DNA of 63,788 nt, the filler included, from Octopus bimaculoides (taxonomy: Eukaryota), in NCBI RefSeq assembly GCF_001194135.2. It is 5 parts of 5 records of this genome, joined end to end, with 100 filler letters (N's around TTAATTAATTAA, not from the genome) between each part and the next. Parts side by side here need not be neighbours in the genome. Positions count along the whole stretch, not along the records: positions 12,679 to 40,529 come from NC_069007.1; positions 40,630 to 45,264 come from NC_068999.1; positions 45,365 to 63,788 come from NC_068992.1; 2 more parts are not named here. One strand, 5' to 3'. Positions 37,847-48,639 of this stretch are shown in pieces. Position numbers and translations under genes: made by a program. Position 1 is the first letter of the stretch. Each line of letters begins with the position of its first letter. The notes beneath the pieces were generated by a model. It made no database searches, was not told the origin of the DNA, and worked only from the letters and a program-made list of their open reading frames with translations.

Positions 37847-37991
37847 CATACGTATATATACATATACATATTTATATATATATATATATATACATACGTA
37901 TATAGACATATACATATATATTTATATATATATGTATACACTCACACACACACACATACACACAAACACACATATATATATTCATACATAC

Positions 37992-38023
<32 letters not shown>

Positions 38024-38030
38024 GCATATA

Positions 38031-38245
38031 CAGGGTTGGGCAAAAGTCCCCCCGACAGTAAATCAAAATTCCGTAAATACTATCTGTAATTCTGTATTGA
38101 CTTGAATGGAGAAATGTGTCGCTCAAGAAGGACTTCATCATGTTTCATATTTAGATACTTTTATTAAATTCATTCAGTTGTTAAACAGATATAAATATTG
38201 GAATGAAATGGTTTTGAATAACTGTCAGGCGACTTTTGGCCAACC
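38031..38245. mobile_element. Tc1/mariner-type MITE
   Basis: TA|CAGGGTTGGGCAAAAGTCCCCCCGACAGT at the left and ACTGTCAGGCGACTTTTGGCCAACC at the right form a TIR pair. The last 3 nt of the right TIR are lost at the SINE junction. Confidence 0.85.
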
Positions 38246-38410
38246 GGGCGAAATGCTTAGCCCTATTTCGTCTGCCGTTACGTTCTTAGTTCAAATTCCG
38301 CCGAGGTCGACTTTGCCTTTCATCTTTTCGGGGGTCGATTAAGTAAGTACCAGTTATGCACTGGTGTCGATGTCATCGATTTAATCCCTTTGTCCATCCT
38401 TGTTTGTTTA
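38244..38410 (+). mobile_element. 5'-truncated SINE family B
   Basis: ccgggcgaaatgcttagc...gttcaaattccgccgaggtcgactttgcctttcatc...ggggtcgat. Confidence 0.9.
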
Positions 38411-38614
38411 CATATATTAGGTCGAAAAAAAATCCGCGATATACTGAGTCCTCGATAGGTGAACAGCGATGCACTCACACACAGATCCATATACGCACAC
38501 ATATATACATACTCTCACACATTCACATCCAGAAACACAAGCATTATTATGATTGACCGTTGACTGAACACTATTCAATTTTTTTTCTCCGTGTTTTTCT
38601 CCTTGTCTCCGTAT

Positions 38615-38651
38615 TCTTTCTGTTGAAGAGCGTAGCTCGAAACGTCAAAGA
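38615..38651 (+). ncRNA. Minimal hammerhead-like motif with a variant CUGUUGA core
   Basis: UCUUU-CUGUUGA-A-GAGC(gua)GCUC-GAAAC-GUC-AAAGA. Stem I has 5 bp, stem II 4 bp, and there is a GUC cleavage triplet. Position 6 is U rather than A. Confidence 0.7.
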
Positions 38652-39459
38652 CTTTCCGTATTCCCGAGCGTCATACTAATATATACTTTTGTTATTTACA
38701 CCACCTGTCCTCGTCTGTTGTTATTTTTTGTATATTCTCCCACATATATATATATATANNNNNNNNNNNNNNNNNNNNNNNNNNNNNNNNNNNNNNNNNN
38801 NNNNNNNNNNNNNNNNNNNNNNNNNNNNNNNNNNNNNNNNNNNNNNNNNNNNNNNNNNNNNNNNNNNNNNNNNNNNNNNNNNNNNNNNNNNNNNNNNNNN
38901 NNNNNNNNNNNNNNNNNNNNNNNNNNNNNNNNNNNNNNNNNNNNNNNNNNNNNNNNNNNNNNNNNNNNNNNNNNNNNNNNNNNNNNNNNNNNNNNNNNNN
39001 NNNNNNNNNNNNNNNNNNNNNNNNNNNNNNNNNNNNNNNNNNNNNNNNNNNNNNNNNNNNNNNNNNNNNNNNNNNNNNNNNNNNNNNNNNNNNNNNNNNN
39101 NNNNNNNNNNNNNNNNNNNNNNNNNNNNNNNNNNNNNNNNNNNNNNNNNNNNNNNNNNNNNNNNNNNNNNNNNNNNNNNNNNNNNNNNNNNNNNNNNNNN
39201 NNNNNNNNNNNNNNNNNNNNNNNNNNNNNNNNNNNNNNNNNNNNNNNNNNNNNNNNNNNNNNNNNNNNNNNNNNNNNNNNNNNNNNNNNNNNNNNNNNNN
39301 NNNNNNNNNNNNNNNNNNNNNNNNNNNNNNNNNNNNNGGAAAGGAGGAAGGAGGGAGGAAGAGGAGTAGTAATAGGGAGTTGAGATTAGGGGCCAGAGTT
39401 GGAAAGGGTGGGGTGGGGAGCAATACGACAATATTTTATTAACTCCAGTTATAATCGTA

Positions 39460-39770
39460 CTATTGAAGAACCTCTACGTGGTTTCACGACTTGCTAGAAA
39501 TAGCAGCGAATTTTTGTTTTCTTTTTGTTTTCTTTTTTTCTTTGGAATCACTCTATGCACACTTTGTCTTCTTGGAAAATATAGAGGACATATTGGATAA
39601 TATAAGTCGGGCTGAAAAACAAAAAAGCACAAACAAAAAGAAACAAACAAACAAGCTATATCTGCAAAATAAAACGAGGTGGTCGTGGATAGACTGTCTT
39701 TTGGCGTTAAGTCTCTCCTGTCAGAGATGACCTAGGGCTAAACAGCGAAAACAAGAATCACCAGCATGAG
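39460..39770 (+). mobile_element. Interspersed repeat family E
   Basis: cttgctagaaatagcagc...ggacatattggataat...gatgacctagggctaaac. Related pieces at about 18565-18640, 25940-26075, 33180-33240, 48040-48215 and 49440-49640 (-). Confidence 0.6.
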
Positions 39771-39775
39771 TCAAC

Positions 39776-39835
39776 AATCACGGCGAATCGCCCACAATCG
39801 CTGACAATCGTCAGTAATCGCCAACAAACGCAATC
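39776..39835. repeat. Degenerate 10-bp-period tandem repeat (AATCGYYRAC)
   Basis: Units start at 39776, 39786, 39796, 39806, 39816 and 39826. Confidence 0.85.
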
Positions 39836-40392
39836 ATTTTTCCTGGCTTTCGTTCACACCAATCCCCCATTTTGAAGATGGGCAGTTTGACGGAAATTAA
39901 AATATTTGTCTCAAGTAAGAATTGTCAGGCTGCAAGATCTGTTGAAGACACTCCAAGCCCACTTGTGTTTGTCAATAAAGCAGCCAATTCTTTTCGAAGC
40001 GCCATCACCTGTCAAAATCTCTTTGTGTATGGCCCGTGTGTGTGTGTGTGCGTGTGTGCGTATGGTGCCTGCATGTGTACGTGTGTATGTGTATGTGTAT
40101 GTGTATGTGTGTATGTGCGTGCGATTATATGTGTGCGTGCGTGCGTGAGGGTATGTATGTGTGTGTGAGTGATTTGGAGTGAGATTGCGTACGTAAATGT
40201 ATTGTATGCTTCAATGCATGTATATATGTACATGCCTATATATAAATGTGTGTGTGTATGGATGCTTTCGAGTATATGTATATGTGCGTATATATCTATA
40301 CATACATATATGTGTACGTGTCTTTATATATGCATGTATATAAATATTTACATACTATGTCTATATGTGCATATAAATACACACACACACAT

Positions 40393-40433
<41 letters not shown>

Positions 40434-40529
40434 CACATGCACATACATACATGTGCCCGTGTTCTTGTATATATATATATAAATGTATATATATGTGTGT
40501 ATATATATATATATACATATATACATATG

Positions 40530-40629
40530 NNNNNNNNNNNNNNNNNNNNNNNNNNNNNNNNNNNNNNNNNNNNTTAATTAATTAANNNNNNNNNNNNNNN
40601 NNNNNNNNNNNNNNNNNNNNNNNNNNNNN
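40530..40629. other. Artificial scaffold-join spacer
   Basis: 44 N + TTAATTAATTAA (40574-40585) + 44 N. Confidence 0.97.
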
Positions 40630-40633
40630 TATA

Positions 40634-40669
<36 letters not shown>

Positions 40670-40690
40670 TTATGTATGTGTGTATGTATG

Positions 40691-41009
40691 TTAGACAAAA
40701 ATAATGTATTCACAGATCTGGATGGTTGTACATATACAAATATTTATTAACATGTAACATGTTTTTACAAATCACACATGAGCGCCTTCATCTACTCTAA
40801 TAGATTCTTCAGATTTAAATTTTGAGAATGGTTTTGTTCCCCAGCCCATTCATTAATACCATAACAAAACCCTTCATAAAATTGAAATCTGATGAATCTA
40901 TTAGAGTAGATGAAGGCGCTCATATGTAATTTGTAAAAACATGTGGCATGTTAATAAATATTTGTATATGTACGACGATCCAGATCTCTGAATACATCAT
41001 TTTTTCTAA
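40691..41009. mobile_element. Fold-back / hairpin MITE-like element
   Basis: Arms 40691-40838 and 40863-41009 are reverse complements at roughly 88-90% by eye, including a long near-perfect core TGAGCGCCTTCATCTACTCTAATAGATTC. Spacer is 24 nt. Confidence 0.92.
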
Positions 41010-41057
41010 TATATATCTGTACATCACCTCCAAACCTTCTAACATATATATATAGAG

Positions 41058-41100
<43 letters not shown>

Positions 41101-41189
41101 CAGACAGACACACAGACACACAGACAGATAGATAGATAGATAAATAGATGAATAGATAGATAGATAGATAGATAGATAGATCGATAGAT

Positions 41190-41400
41190 GCATTTCTTTT
41201 ATTAGCCACACAGGTCTCAACGAAGATGGGACAAATACAATGTAGAGCTTTTCTTTTTGGGAGGGGGAATGAAAAAAAGGGGGGGTCGATCAAAAGGGAT
41301 CGTAGGAAGGAAAAAGGGGTAGTTCGATCAAAAGGGATCAAAAAAAAAAGGCGATCAATAGGGATCGTGTATCACACAGTAATGTTCTCGTGTAAAAGGA
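41190..41400 (-). mobile_element. 3' end of a retroelement, probably a LINE 3' UTR, ending AATAAAAGAAAT
   Basis: Minus-strand end atttgtcccatcttcgttgagacctgtgtggctaataaaagaaat. Three internal cgatcaa(a/t)agggatc repeats. Confidence 0.5.
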
Positions 41401-41414
41401 GGGGAGGACAGTTC

Positions 41415-41479
<65 letters not shown>

Positions 41480-41499
41480 TTAGATAGTTAGATAGATAA

Positions 41500-41529
<30 letters not shown>

Positions 41530-41531
<2 letters not shown>

Positions 41532-41680
41532 TCGACGGGCTTGTTTCAGATTCCATTTATAAAATCCACTTAAAATGCTTTGGTCGGCCTGCGTCTATAA
41601 TACAAGACACTTGACAATGGTGCCACACAGTGAGACTGAACCTGGAACCATGTGTTTGGGAAACAATTGTATATGATAAC
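41530..41680 (-). mobile_element. SINE family A 5' half abutting (GATA)n
   Basis: cgacgggcttgtttcag...gctttggtcggcc...gacacttg...ggtgccacacagtgagactgaacctggaaccatgtg. Confidence 0.8.
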
Positions 41681-42749
41681 TTTATTCATATAAGCTTTAC
41701 TTGCGATAGCTCTCGGGTAACACGATATTGAGCTAATAAGAGTATCCCCTGAGAGAACAAAGGCCATCAACACTAAAAACTGTGTTTGAAAATGTTAGTT
41801 TCGTTTGCAATTCTTCACGCGATGAAAGATTTTCGTCCATAACACATCTACATATATACTCTGTAGATCACTGAGGAATTATCACAACTGATTTGAAATT
41901 TGCGTGCTTTTGAACTCGAATAGTCTGCAGTATTGAGGTTTTTCACTGGACGGAGATAATAGGAGTAAGATCCCCATAATTGACAGCTCTTTTATATGTT
42001 CATTAATAATTTTATTTAGAGACGGTGCATTAAAAATTATCTCACTCATTACAGGTTGACAAACAGCTCAAATATATACAGTAGCTACGAGTTGATCCAA
42101 AGTAACTGATAAAAATGATAATAAATACGCTACATAAATTTTCTTATGAAACATATGAAACTCAACCGCTATATCTTTACAGAATGGTCGTGTTTTTCTA
42201 TACCAAATATTATTTTCTTTGCAGGTTTCTGTTCGTGAGAGTAGTGTTTGAGTAGCTGAATGTGTGCGTGAGTGTACCTGAATTATATTAATTGTCATCA
42301 CTTGAAATAATAAGAATTACAGTTTGCATTAGAAAACTGATTCACAGACTTCGTGTACAAAGTTCCCTATTTATTAAACTATGACGGGGAATTGTAATAC
42401 TTGATGCATGATGCTATACACCCCATATGCCGTATTAATATCGATTATACAGAAGCATATGTGGAAAATATAAAATATATTCCACCAATACATTTTAGAC
42501 ATTTATAATTTAGATTTAAGAATTCGATAAATCATATCCTGGCTGTAAAGTTATGCAGATGTTGATGCATTGAAAAGTAATACTGTATCATAAATGATTA
42601 AACTATAAAATAACATGCGAGCAGGGATTTTTCATAAAATTTCTGACTTTGGAAATTAAACTTACATTTAAATTCACGGATATTGTTTCGAAATATCACG
42701 TATGTATATGCACACATGTACAACAATCTGACTGAAAAATTCTGTACTT

Positions 42750-43170
42750 ATATAGATTTGGATTAATAAGTGTTGTTGCATATACACGTAAATGTACATA
42801 AGAAACATGAGAGGACGAAAGAGAGGATAAAAGATAGAAAAAGTGGAAAGGGTGAAAAACGTGAAGGAAGCTTAAAAGAAGTGAGAAAAGGTGGGGTAGT
42901 TGATGGTCAAGATAATGTGAGGGTGTGATGGATAAGGAGTGAGGAAGGGGTTTGAAGAGATGAGAAGATAAGAAGTGAATAAGTGTGAGATATGTGAGCT
43001 GCATTAAGGAAAGGGTAGAGAAAAGGTACGGGTTGGGTGATTCTAAATTCAGTAGTAAGTTTAGTAGTAAAAATTAAAGTGAAATGGAGAATAGAACGAT
43101 GGAAAATTTCTATAAGTAGACTTATGTGATTGTAAAAGTCAGATAGGAGGAAAGAACTTATAATGACACA
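42750..43170 (-). mobile_element. Inverted, diverged copy of the G-poor element at 44340-44760
   Basis: Translations align (SFLLSD..YNHI..IEI.H..L..TL.FTTK.TT...T.P..FLYP.LNAA). About 75-80% nucleotide identity by eye. Confidence 0.8.
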
Positions 43171-43171
43171 C

Positions 43172-43207
<36 letters not shown>

Positions 43208-43714
43208 NNNNNNNNNNNNNNNNNNNNNNNNNNNNNNNNNNNNNNNNNNNNNNNNNNNNNNNNNNNNNNNNNNNNNNNNNNNNNNNNNNNNNNNNNNNNN
43301 NNNNNNNNNNNNNNNNNNNNNNNNNNNNNNNNNNNNNNNNNNNNNNNNNNNNNNNNNNNNNNNNNNNNNNNNNNNNNNNNNNNNNNNATATATATATATA
43401 TATATATATATACAAGCAAGCTCACGCGCATCCGTAAGTGTATTCATACACGCATATGCGTGCGCATAGATAAACCCAGCCATGCACCTACACATACATA
43501 CGCGCAGACGGACTCGCACTTACGGTCACACCCACACACGTACACAGGTACAGACGTATACATATATACACATACACATGCTCACTCATATATATTTGTA
43601 NNNNNNNNNNNNNNNNNNNNNNNNNNNNNNNNNNNNNNNNNNNNNNNNNNNNNNNNNNNNNNNNNNNNNNNNNNNNNNNNNNNNNNNNNNNNNNNNNNNN
43701 NNNNNNNNNNNNNN

Positions 43715-43749
<35 letters not shown>

Positions 43750-44089
43750 ACGTACATATACATACATACACAAATATACTTGCTCACACATTTACACACA
43801 CATGTATCCGCTTGCATGTCCATATATGTACAAAATGATTTAGTTCCTTAAAGTAAAATAGGGGTATAAAAAAATTAAAGATGAAAAATTAAAATGGATA
43901 TAAAGGAAAGTTGAAGAGAACCGTTGGCGATTATCTAAAGGGTGTTGTGGATATATGCTGTGTGGTTATTTAGGTTGAATTTAGATTTCTGGTAAGATTT
44001 GAAGGTATGAAAAAGCGCTGGTTGCTTGTACTTACGGCTTCATTATATTTATTTAGTAGTGTCGAAGGGTTGTGTTTTAATATGTGGAA

Positions 44090-45229
44090 TGCTTCATTCA
44101 GGCATACTGGTCTCCAACTTCCATCGTCAACATAAACATTATTCTATCTTTAACAGATCTACCCTGAAGCTATCCTGTTCCATCTAACTTCAAGTTATCA
44201 TAGAAGCCTCTAATAGACAAAACCTTTCTCTCTACTATCAAAACTAACACTAAAATAACTCTGAATGCTCGAGCGGCCAACATATACACAGTTCCAGCAT
44301 TGAACCCCATACGTAGAATACGGAGGTCTACCCTTTGGGACTCTTTCCTTCTCTCTGATTCCCACTTTCTCTGTGATTCCCATATATACAATCACATACG
44401 TCGATTTATAGAAATTTCACATCCATGTGTTCTTCCCTCCATTTTAACTTTTACTACTAAATCTACTACTCACGTTGATATCACACCACCCATACATTTT
44501 CTCTACCCACCCCTTAATGCAGCTCTATCATATCACCCCTACTCACATATCTCACACATTTTACTCCTCACTTTATCATTTCTTCCTAACCCCTCACTCC
44601 TCTCCCATCATTCTCTCACATTATCTCGTCCACCAAATGATGCCCCTTTCTACACTTCATTCACCCTTTCTTAACATTTAATTTTTTCCCCATTTTCCCT
44701 TTTTTTCCCTCTCATTTTCTCTTTTTTCTCTCTTTACTCTCTCTTCTTCTTCCTTTCATTTTCTCTTCCTGTCTCCAGTTTGACATATCTCCTCATTCTA
44801 GTCATACAAATCTTCCCCCATCTATTCATAAATACTACCAATGCATTCTTAAAGTTTCATTCACACAACAAGGCCCTTTCGAATGAGCAACACATTGGAA
44901 CTTACATACCGTGTACAGGAAACATTTTTACCACTTCTATACACCACATTCCTCGAATAATAGAACTGCAACTACAACACCTTAATATATTTTAGATTTT
45001 ACCACTCCTTTCATTCTTTTATTTCCCTGTATATTCCCTATCTCCTGCTTTTCCATAATAATTCCTCATTTCGAACTCAAGAATTTGCCTCTGTTTAACC
45101 ATCTTGCATCGTCTCTGATGATGGGGTATCCATTATATCGAAGAAAAAGTTGTAAGACTATATCTATATCTTTCCCCGTATATATATCTTGAAAACACCT
45201 CACAGCCTTGGTTTAATTATCTCATTTCG

Positions 45230-45230
<1 letters not shown>
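44090..45230 (+). mobile_element. G-depleted retroelement remnant ending in a hammerhead-like motif; probably PLE-derived
   Basis: Decayed ORF (TIKTNTKITLNARAANIYTVPALNPIRRIRR...), strong strand asymmetry, and GTCT-CTGATGA...GAAA-aagtt-GTA-AGAC at 45111-45158. Confidence 0.55.
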
Positions 45231-45264
<34 letters not shown>

Positions 45265-45364
45265 NNNNNNNNNNNNNNNNNNNNNNNNNNNNNNNNNNNN
45301 NNNNNNNNTTAATTAATTAANNNNNNNNNNNNNNNNNNNNNNNNNNNNNNNNNNNNNNNNNNNN
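45265..45364. other. Artificial scaffold-join spacer
   Basis: 44 N + TTAATTAATTAA (45309-45320) + 44 N. Confidence 0.97.
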
Positions 45365-45371
45365 TATATAT

Positions 45372-45521
45372 ATGCATATATATATATATGCATATATATA
45401 TATATATAATATGTATGTACATAAAATGTGTGTGTGTGCATACAACATGCATATATATATATATGCATATATATATATATATAATATGTATGTACATAAA
45501 ATGTGTGTGTGTGCATACAAC
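45372..45521. repeat. Tandem duplication of a unit of about 75 bp
   Basis: atgcatatat...taatatgtatgtacataaaatgtgtgtgtgtgcatacaac occurs twice. Confidence 0.9.
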
Positions 45522-46195
45522 ATACATATATTAGATTATTTATATTCCATATTATGTAAACTTATACGAAATGATACGTAAAAAATAAGTCTTTCTCTGC
45601 CTCTCTGTCCGACTCTATCTCTCTCTCTCTCTCCCTCCCTTTCTCTCTTTTCCGCCCCCAACTTTCCCGTACTGTCGACGTCCTTGCATTTATGAATAAT
45701 TTTGCTGTACATCTATGCTACAAACCTAGATCCATATCTTGATAAAAATAGATAGAATATGTATATATTTATTTACACATTGCTCTGTTCTTTCAATTGT
45801 CATTATATAAGCAATTTTATATATTATCACTCTAAAATTAAATTATTTTCTCTCTTCTTTCGGTTCTTCTAGGCTTTTTCCGAAAAAATCTTTTTCTCTC
45901 TATGTGCCAAGTATTCATTCCTATAACTATAGTAAATAGCTCCTTTCTGAATTGTAATATCTCTTATTAAGTTGGGAAGTTGGAGGAGCACATTTCAATG
46001 TAAAGATTTACATAGAAATCACAATTATTCCAGTTTTTCTGATGTTTGAAATGATTTTGAGAAATTCGAATTCAAATGTGTGACAACACCAAACTATATT
46101 GAAACAATAAAATCAGTAAACTCCTTCTTTTCTCTCTATTACTGCCGAGTTCGCGTCTGCTGACGACAAGAACCTAGTGTGTTTAGATAACTTAC

Positions 46196-46203
46196 CGTTA
46201 CTT
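46196..46203 (-). CDS. Candidate 8-nt microexon AAGTAACG
   Basis: atgtttcgatgtttctggtgtag|AAGTAACG|gtaagt, with a perfect donor. Phase-compatible with 48640-48708. Confidence 0.15.
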
Positions 46204-46269
46204 CTACACCAGAAACATCGAAACATATATATATATTCATTATATACATTATTTCCGGTATAAATTAAT

Positions 46270-46339
46270 ATTACCGGTCCCCGGCACATTGGAAAAAGCC
46301 CCTGCTGCTACGCAACATCAGATAGTTTGACAAGCACTG
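46270..46339 (+). mobile_element. hAT/Charlie-type MITE 3' end
   Basis: Ends gtttgacaagcactg, like the TTTGAGAACCACTG end at 51427-51440. No 5' end found. Confidence 0.45.
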
Positions 46340-47268
46340 CTCTGAGCTAGTCACAGAAAAATGGTTTGAGCCGGTGTAACTAATCAAATAACAACTCAAA
46401 CCTCAATCACTTCGATAGGCCATGCTTTCGTAATCTCTTGTTTACAAAAAATTACCGAATCAGAACAACGGACCTCGACACTGATTAAATTCGAACTCCG
46501 TATCTTTCGGGTGCTATGGACACACACTGTGAAATTAGTAGGCATTGATTTACACTAAATGTCTATAGTAGATTTCTTCAGTTTTCTTCGACATGTGTAA
46601 TATTCATCAAAGTAGACGGATGCTATAAAAGGCAGGGTGTGGCTTGAACATATTGACATTAAAATGATTATTCCCAGACAGTTTGAGTCTCTGAGAATCA
46701 ATGATAAAGCATTTATTGACCAAATTTGACATCTTCTTTTATAGGTTGCTTCAATGGAAAAAGAAAATAAACTTCCCAACTGGTTTCAATTATATTAGCA
46801 TTAGTTCTTTGATGTCACGAAAGGAGAGAAATAATAATTGATCTTAAAGTAATATTGATTTCTTTGGCCTAAGTATAAAGCTAATTTCTATAAGACAAGT
46901 GTATATTCAATTGAATCTTGCCGAAAGTATTCCTGGTACTAATTCTGTTATAACTCCACAGACACAAGGCGCAAACGTATTAGACGCATTTACTCACAGG
47001 CTCTTGTAATATTTCTTTGCAAGTCCGGAATTTTTCTGTGAAGAGCTTCTGCAACTCGTTAAGCTAGTTATCGTATAACAAATATTTATGAATGAGGTTG
47101 GGAAGAGATAAAGGCCAAGTTACCTATGAGAGAATATATAACCGGAACAATAGACACAACCTTAGACAATATATTACAATTTTTTCAAAGAAGAAAAATG
47201 GTTGTAATATTAAGGAGAAATAAGAAAAAACACAGCAAACTAGGGGCGTTACAATATTTACTTTCATT

Positions 47269-47700
47269 AAGGCGGCGAGCTGGCAGAAACGTTAGCACGC
47301 CTGGCGAAATGCTTAGGAGTATTTCGTCTCTCTTTATGTTCTGAGTTCAAATTCTGCCGAGGTCGACTTTGCCTTTCATCATTTCGGGGTCGATAAATTA
47401 AGTTCCAGTTACGCACTGGCGTCGATGTAATAGACTTAATCCCCTTGTCTATCATTGTTTGTCCCCTCTATGTTTAGCCCCTTGTGGGCAATAAAGAAAT
47501 AAGAAGCGTTAACACGCCCGGCGAAATGCTTTGCGGTATTTCATTTGTCTTCACGTTCTGAGTTCAAATTCCGCCGAGGTCGACTTTCCCTTACTTCCTT
47601 TCGAGGTCGATAAATTAAATACCAGTTGCGTACTGCCGTTGGTCTCATGTACTGGTCCCCTCCCCCAGAATTTTGGGCCTTGTGCCTAGACTAAAAAGAA
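47269..47700 (+). mobile_element. Head-to-tail dimer of SINE family B
   Basis: Monomer 1 (47269-47503) ends aataaagaaataag. Monomer 2 (47503-47700) starts at gaagcgttaacacgcc and ends with the other tail type (gggccttgtgcctagactaaaaag). Confidence 0.9.
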
Positions 47701-48639
47701 TATTTAGTTTCATCTTTTATTCCCTGAAGTTTATACCCTAGAGTTCTAATTCACCTTTGATATTTTTGTGGGCTTTAAAATAAATTCTAATGACGTAAGG
47801 GATCGTTTCCACTCCATCTAAGCCTTTGTTACAAGATGTGACATTTGGGCCCCATAAAAAGAAAGAAGAAAACTATTTACTATTCTTTAAAGTACCACGA
47901 AACGCTTTCAATGGTGAAACGGCAAACATCCTGATAACATCCTAACCGGATTTTGATTTCCGGTGGAAATTGTTTCGCTGCTATTAATATTGCGTAACAT
48001 ATGAATGTCATCACGGCAACGGAGAAACTTAGACATGGTCACTCTATCGGCCATAAATAGCAGTCATTTTCATGTCATACATTTCTACCTGAAAAACAGC
48101 ACACCGTATAATGTAGTTCGATGTACACTGTGCCCGAAAGAAGACCGAATGGCAATGGTTGGAATGGCATTCATCATAAATCTGCTTCGTTAGAGCTGAC
48201 TGGGAACAAAAAGATAGAAATGTAAATATTATAATTCATTGAAATAATCTAAAAATATAGGGTTTCTGTCGCTAGATATGTATCAGTGTTAATGACAATA
48301 ACCAATATGGACCAATACAATGTCGACATCAAAATATCTGGCGGTATCAACTGGTGAATCTGCGATTAGGTCATTTCAGGTCAAATCTGTTTAAATCACT
48401 TTCGATCAAAGTTTCCTGGTGCTTCTATTTAAGATATTGTCTTAATTCCCTTTTCTGTCTTGTAGATACAAGACTTCCTTCAAGAAAGGTCAGTAAAAGT
48501 TTAAACTCCAGTGTCAGACACCATACAAACTTATGCCATTAAACTTCCTACCATTTTTCTGTTTGCTAGAGTTAAGCCGGTCACGTGATGAATCCACTTT
48601 CCTTTCGTATGACTGTTTGGCTTATTTGCAGCAGCTTAC

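Noticed and set aside
42226-42268. Strong acceptor and GTGAGT donor on the plus strand
   Set aside because: All three frames contain stops; at best a non-coding exon, with no other support.
46155-46226. CTGACGA...GAAAC as a possible hammerhead
   Set aside because: The spacer is long and has no pairing for stem II.
46950-47030. TRRKRIRRIYSQ resembling a homeodomain N-terminal arm
   Set aside because: No helix 1 residues or downstream WFQNRR-type exon found.
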